A stretch of 64,000 nt of DNA from Psammoneis japonica. Taxonomy: Eukaryota. Where the stretch lies: positions 397,939 to 461,938 of the forward strand of contig QPGO01000038.1 of assembly GCA_008632985.1 (NCBI GenBank), given 5' to 3'. Made by a program: the position numbers and the translations under genes. Shown in pieces: positions 58,356-64,000 of the stretch (position 1 is its first letter; each line of letters opens with the position of its first letter). Below the pieces are notes generated by a model, which did no database searches, was not told where the DNA came from, and saw nothing but the letters and a program-made list of their open reading frames with translations.

Positions 58356-61300
58356 ATGAAAGTTCGAACTCTGTTGCTAACAGGGATAGCAAGCTACGCA
58401 TCTCATGTGCATGCTACCGAGGACACCGCCTATTTTGATTCGGGGACAATCAATGAGTTCGCCCACTTTCTATTCGGTTCGGTTGGTCAAACCGGCTTTA
58501 TGCGACTCAAAAACCCAGTTCTCGATGAGAGCAATTCAATCCAGTGGGGCTCAGACAAGGAAGAATCCCCCGATAGCTCTCAGACCCGTCTTGTTTCCCC
58601 ACCCGAATTCAAGCAAGTTGGGAACAATCAGTTCTACTCGTACAATGCAAAATATGAAATGCCGGAAAACAAGGATCTCTCGTACCAGTATCTCTACTTT
58701 GACTTTTTACCACTTGGTTCTACCTTTGACCAAATGCAACCAAGTGTAGCCTCAAGGAAATACTTCTCTATCTGGACAAAGTCATCCGTGGCCCAACGCC
58801 TTCGGGTGCAGCTGCACTATGAAAACGACCAACCAGAAAAGTCTGACGTTTGGAAATCCCAGAATCATCCATTTTCTCAATTGGAAATCCCCGTTCGAAA
58901 CAAGGGTCGATGGTGTGGAAGGTTAGCATAATGATCATTGATGCTGTTCCAGGGGAGCAAGCGGTGGAATTTGCACTTCTCGCCTTCTCCGATACCCAAG
59001 ATACCATCTCACCTTTCCAACTAAGCCATTTGGGGACACCGCACTCGAAGTAGTACCTGCGCCATCCGATTGTCGCAACCACTACTCTGACTTTCTGAAT
59101 GAAATCACACCCTATGCGCTATATCGCATAAGTGATCCCGTTCCGAACGAATCACATCACAAGCTCGCAGTTTTAGAAGCTGGTGGGAAGATTATTTCCG
59201 ACACGCTTGATTGGCGAACAACAGGACAGCATCTTTCAGGAGCATTTGCAGTCAAGACACACTTCGCACTGCCGAGCTCTTCCTACATTTACTTTCGCAA
59301 CTTTTATGGATCAAAGAAGATTTCTGACCAGGCTCCACCTCCAGTGGATGCATCGGATTTCGGAACTCACGTTTGCCTGTGGATTCGTTTCCCAGAGAAG
59401 CATTTCATTGACATCACGCTTATTTCGAACAGCACTCATCAATCTAAGCAGCAAACCTATATTGACAAGTCGTATTGGAAGAATCACTGCTTCAAGATTT
59501 CCTCCATTCCTGCAAAGAGAGACAATCCAGTTGATCTAACTTCCTTGTCGGAGATTCTAATCAGCTTCACGAATCCAGAAAGTTCAGAGGCGGATTTTGT
59601 CCTCGAGTACACAATGATCTACTTCGCAAGGCATCCAAAGATATACACGGTAATTCCAGCTGTGATGAACCCTGCGTTGGTGCTGCGCAAAAGTAAGGAG
59701 GGCGACTGTGAATACCTTAGCGGCCCGGAGCAAACAACCACTCCACCAATTCTAACTCCGCTCAAAACAACGCTATCAGATTACAAGAGGTCATACAAAA
59801 CAAGCTTTCCGGCGAATAATCGGTTGGCATTACTCGTCATCGACGAAAATTCACAGTGGCTTGCCTTAGTGCATGCTATCAAGATTATGGGAATCCCCCT
59901 CACCGTCACGACCAGTTGGGAGGATGCTATTCTGCACAAGACTGTCGTCGTGTACCCCGAGGCCAACGACGTCCGCCTCTCCAGAAGAGCGGCCCGGAAG
60001 CTTGCAGAGCATAGTCGCAGCAACAAGGTGATTTTCGTTCGATTGAACACCGACACGCTACATGATGCATGCGGCGTGAAACAAACACTCGAATCCAACA
60101 GAGATTACGCTCATATCAAGTTCGAACCAAAAGTTGCGGATTCGCCTGCAGCGTTATTTGGTTGTGAAGTTGGTGCCATGCTAGCTGATTACGATTGTCC
60201 GTCTGGCAGCGGGGACAGCGAGCGATACATCAAAATTTGGGAGGATTGGTCCTTACAACTACGGAAGCGGAAGGCCGGCACAAAGCATAGCTCTGAAAGA
60301 AGATGCGGAAGCTATTGCAACCTACACTCGGCGAAGTCCCATGTTGACGGCGAATGGCGAGTACATGTACGATGAACATCAGTTCGTTCAGTATACGGAA
60401 GAAGATACTGAAGACGTCGCCGTCTCAAAAAATGCAGGAGAAGATGGCGGTTCCTGCTACGTAGTCGGAATTGACCTTGGAGAGCTGTGTAGCGATTCTA
60501 GGAACTACGACTTTGGGGCGATTTCCAGAACGTACTCGAGCTCCTATGAGCCTGGTCTCGACATGCTCATTCGCATGATCAAGAATATATACACTTCCGG
60601 TCAAGATTTCGTCACCTTGCACCCCATTCCGCATGGCAAACGACTTGCGGTTATGTATACTCATGATGTCGATGCGAATGCCCCCGAAATTTGGAGAGAC
60701 TTCGCAGTCAAGGAAAGCGAAGCAGGGATAAAATCGACGTTTCTACTATTCACAAAGGTGACAAGGGATGACTACGACATCCCATTCTTCCTTGAGAACG
60801 AAGAGGCTCTCGTTGAGCTAGTGAAATAAGGACACGAGCTGGGCTCGCATTCCGTTAGCCATTCACCAAATTTCTTTGCATGGAATCCAGATTTTAACAA
60901 CTTTCCGATTGGCGATGGGACAGAGCAATACTCTTACGGAAGTGGCTATTCACCCAAGATCACCTGCACAGATGCGTCCCATTTCTTCGTAACGCATCCA
61001 CTTTCAGAGGAGAGTGTCTCTGTCTGTGACCATCCAGCATACAAAAATTCTGACCTAGTGTGCAACTACTGGAGGAGGATGAATGGGTCAGACCGAGAAT
61101 TCACTTGCGGCCTATATGAGACTTCTGGTGGAACGGTGTTGGGTGAGCTCCGTGCTAGTAAATTCTTGATAGATTCCGTATATGAGCAGGCCGGGCTGCC
61201 CGATAAAAAGGCTCGCTCTTTCCGGCCCGGCCACTTGAAGTACCCTTCGACACTTAATGAAGCTCTCGAGGCCACAGAATTCACGGTCAGCTCGATAAAC

Positions 61301-61909
61301 CAGGCGAACGAATTGTCGACACACCTCTATTTCCGGATGCTGTTCGGGCATGACGACGCTGCGAGGGATCCCGGTACAGCATCGGGCGTCAACGTCTTTG
61401 AGATGCCAATCCAGTTCGAAGATACAGTGAGCTTGCCACTTCGTTCATCTGAATCGGAAGGAAACATAATGTCTATCTACACCCACCACATTGCAGCGCG
61501 CATTGCCAAGTTTGGAGGCATCATTGTTATCCTTACGCATCCAACAGATGAATTCGAAAGCAAGGACGGTCTTCCGTACACTGGTCGCCACAAAATTGAA
61601 TGGGAGATTGAGTTTAATGATAACATCAGGGAATACGCATCAGTTCTCACGCTGAGTGAGATGGGAGACTTTGCCGCTGCACGAGATGTTGCCGAAGTTG
61701 ACGTCAAGAGTGACCAGGGTGACGGACACATGATACAAGTCAAGCTTCCAGTTGACATCAGTGGTCTCACGTTAGAGGTTCCTTCAGCGTGGACGTGCTC
61801 AATCGGTGAATCCATGCTTACCCAAAGGCCGGATCATCTCGACACATCCATAAGCCTCGTCGTTTTCGAGCACCTAGATGCTGGTATACATATTGTCGAA
61901 TGCGAGTAA
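58356..61909 (+). pseudogene. Large secreted bacterial-like protein with C-terminal NodB-type polysaccharide deacetylase domain; disrupted
   Basis: Signal peptide; YTHDVD, KSTF, GHELGSHSVSHS, FRPGHL, E.P...ED, L.HP; several frameshifts plus an in-frame TAA at 60827-60829. Confidence 0.7.
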
Positions 61910-61993
61910 CAGTAGAATAAGGCAAATAGGACACAGACTGTCCAGACAGCAACCACCTCAAAATTGCGGTCTGAACTGCCGCGGCCGGACAAA

Positions 61994-64000
61994 TTAAACT
62001 TCCATGCCAGTGCGTTTCCGAATGTGACCACTCTGAAAGTTAGCCCGCGTCAGTATTCCAACAACTGTGCCTGATGGGCCAAGGACAACGGCATGTCGCA
62101 ATCCAAGCAAAGCAAAGAGAGAATGCGCCTTGGAGACAGGACAAAACTCTGTTACACAGTACGCGCCACGATTCATTACCGACGACACGTTAACCCTATG
62201 TCTGCGGTAGTCAGGATTAAGCCACGGGATAACAAGCGTACCGGAGTCGTTGATGCCAACAGTGGCATATCCTGTGGGTGCCGAGTGCGAAGAAGATCGA
62301 GAGGATCCGCGCGACAACGCTTTTCCTCCATGAACATTTTTGGCGGATCTACTCTGAACTGCTTGAAGCAGATTTGCAGCTGGAAGAGGGGGGAGGGAGT
62401 CGTCGCCAATCACGGAGAATTTCGACTCGGAATCGTCCATACCGGTTACATTCAAAGCTGGCAGAGAATCTAAGTTGGTGCGCATAGAAAGGAGCCAGGC
62501 ATGGTCGTCAAATTCATCGGACTCTTCCATGATGGCGGAAGCGCGTCGGACGTAGTCATAACGGTCGTCCTTGATATGATATGCCCAATGCATCATTGGG
62601 CTCTTGCCAACTCCAGGTGATGGAGTCCACGATGGGCTGGGACGCATGCTACCACTGCCAGCGCTGCTGGATGTTTCGTCGTCGTCGGGTGATTCAAATA
62701 TGCCGCATTCAAGCAGGGCAGCAATTTGATCTCGACGAATCAAACCAAGAAAGGCGTTGGTACTTGGGTCAACCACGGGAAATCCATGGTGTGTTGAGTG
62801 GTTCAACAAGTGTACAAGCTTCTGAGCTCGCTCTGTAGGGCCGATGGTGCGCACTGGCTCACTCATTATGTCCTTCGCTTGGACAATGTCATAACGTTTC
62901 TGCTCTTCGTGCGTTAGGTATGGGTATCCTTTAAGTTCCATGGCTGTCTCATAGATTCCCTCCGCATGGATCAGCTGAGCGACGTATCGTGCCACAATGA
63001 CCGTGATAATTACAGGAATCAGCACTTTTATCTGACCCGTTCCTTCCACCAGTATAACGCAAAGGCTGACAGTAGAACGCTGCACTCCGGTGAGAAGAGC
63101 CGCCACTCCCAGTAACGCGAAAGTTGCCGGCGTAATTTCGGGATCAATGAAATCTTGAAAAGAGAGCCCAGCGGCACCACCCAACGATGCGCCGATTAGA
63201 ACCGTGGGCATAAAGACGCCAGAAGGCAAACATGTTCCAAAAGTCAACGTCATCAAGAAGAAGAAAAGAATACCAACAGTCATCAACGTCTTGATCTGAA
63301 ATTGAGAAGGATCGGTCAAGATTCGTTTAATGGCGACATCGCGGGACCCCAAAAGGATAAACGCCAGCTCATTGATTTCTCCTTCTTCACAAAAGAACTG
63401 GCGTTTTGCCATGCTGGTATCGCTGTCCATATGCATCTCGCTGCCCTCTACGTTCTTACACGGCCATCCCATGCAAGGCAGACCAAACAGGAGCGTAGAC
63501 GTGACAAGACTCAGAATGGCCACTTCCAATAGCTTTCCATTGGCACCACGGAATTGCCGACTTGAAATGTGCGTTTTCAAGAACCGAAAGCAATAGCAAA
63601 ATACGCCACCCATGGCTCCTCCAATGATGCCAATCAAAACGTAGAGAGGAACCTCTTCAAAGCGATTGAAGAAAATATTGCCGTTAGGTGAAGTAAAGGT
63701 TCCCAAATTGATAACGCTGTAGTCCGACAAATCGCCATGATGCACCGCCAAACAAAACGTGCCAATTGCATTGGCGACCAACGTTCTGAGAAACATGTTT
63801 TTGGAAAAGTAGCTTGAAATGTCATCGAGAACGAACAACAATCCTCCAATGGGCGCTCCAAAGGATGCGGCGAAACCACAAGATGCCCCAATGCTCACGA
63901 GATCTCGTCGCTCGGCATCTGTGGCAAAATGAGACAAATCTGTCGTCGTCCACGCCCATAAACTGTGCAGCCAACTTTCCCGAACGCAGCAAGAGGAAGA
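61994..64000 (-). CDS. CLC chloride channel/H+ exchanger with CBS domains (5' part outside the window)
   Basis: GFAASFGAPIGGLLF, PSGVFMP, IYE, H.GFPVV and LGLRH..V..VVGILTR. Confidence 0.95.
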   Translation of the reverse strand, partial: SSSCCVRESWLHSLWAWTTTDLSHFATDAERRDLVSIGASCGFAASFGAPIGGLLFVLDDISSYFSKNMFLRTLVANAIGTFCLAVHHGDLSDYSVINLGTFTSPNGNIFFNRFEEVPLYVLIGIIGGAMGGVFCYCFRFLKTHISSRQFRGANGKLLEVAILSLVTSTLLFGLPCMGWPCKNVEGSEMHMDSDTSMAKRQFFCEEGEINELAFILLGSRDVAIKRILTDPSQFQIKTLMTVGILFFFLMTLTFGTCLPSGVFMPTVLIGASLGGAAGLSFQDFIDPEITPATFALLGVAALLTGVQRSTVSLCVILVEGTGQIKVLIPVIITVIVARYVAQLIHAEGIYETAMELKGYPYLTHEEQKRYDIVQAKDIMSEPVRTIGPTERAQKLVHLLNHSTHHGFPVVDPSTNAFLGLIRRDQIAALLECGIFESPDDDETSSSAGSGSMRPSPSWTPSPGVGKSPMMHWAYHIKDDRYDYVRRASAIMEESDEFDDHAWLLSMRTNLDSLPALNVTGMDDSESKFSVIGDDSLPPLPAANLLQAVQSRSAKNVHGGKALSRGSSRSSSHSAPTGYATVGINDSGTLVIPWLNPDYRRHRVNVSSVMNRGAYCVTEFCPVSKAHSLFALLGLRHAVVLGPSGTVVGILTRANFQSGHIRKRTGMEV

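Noticed and set aside
60827..60829. Stop-codon readthrough or an alternative genetic code
   Set aside because: TAA terminates other genes here normally, and the locus has further lesions
1..64000. rRNA, tRNA, CRISPR arrays, prokaryotic operons
   Set aside because: None recognised; the sequence is eukaryotic with spliceosomal introns

Overview
Gene-dense eukaryotic DNA with short GT-AG introns, most likely from a diatom: plastid-type signal+F presequences, RxL pro-peptide motifs, Pro/Thr-rich wall proteins and a diatom-type WYS..CTRGLE protein are all present. About 23 host genes are recognisable, including SAC1, two paralogous mucin-like membrane proteins, a GPI-anchored WD40 protein, metallophosphoesterase-LamG, a GLUG protein, WS/DGAT, LTO1, Prx-II, DUF179, bestrophin, AIM24, a K2P channel, a class-V PLP enzyme, peptidase S28 and CLC. 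Many genes carry single-base frameshifts, often at homopolymers, suggesting an unpolished long-read assembly. The strongest anomaly is two sharply bounded tracts (~13.1-14.75 kb and ~17.15-21.6 kb) where BOTH TpA and CpG are nearly erased in favour of TpG/CpA. Decayed genes inside them point to C>T at CpG plus A>G at TA (mainly TAY) on both strands, i.e. a candidate RIP-like, locus-targeted dual hypermutation system. Other notable items are a LicD + cytidylyltransferase + Fe(II)/2OG-type dioxygenase fusion, a secretory kinase + double sulfotransferase fusion, an extracellular double WD40 propeller, and a recurrent CTAG/TAGAG-rich element behind stop codons. All family calls come from motif recognition, and all counts are manual.
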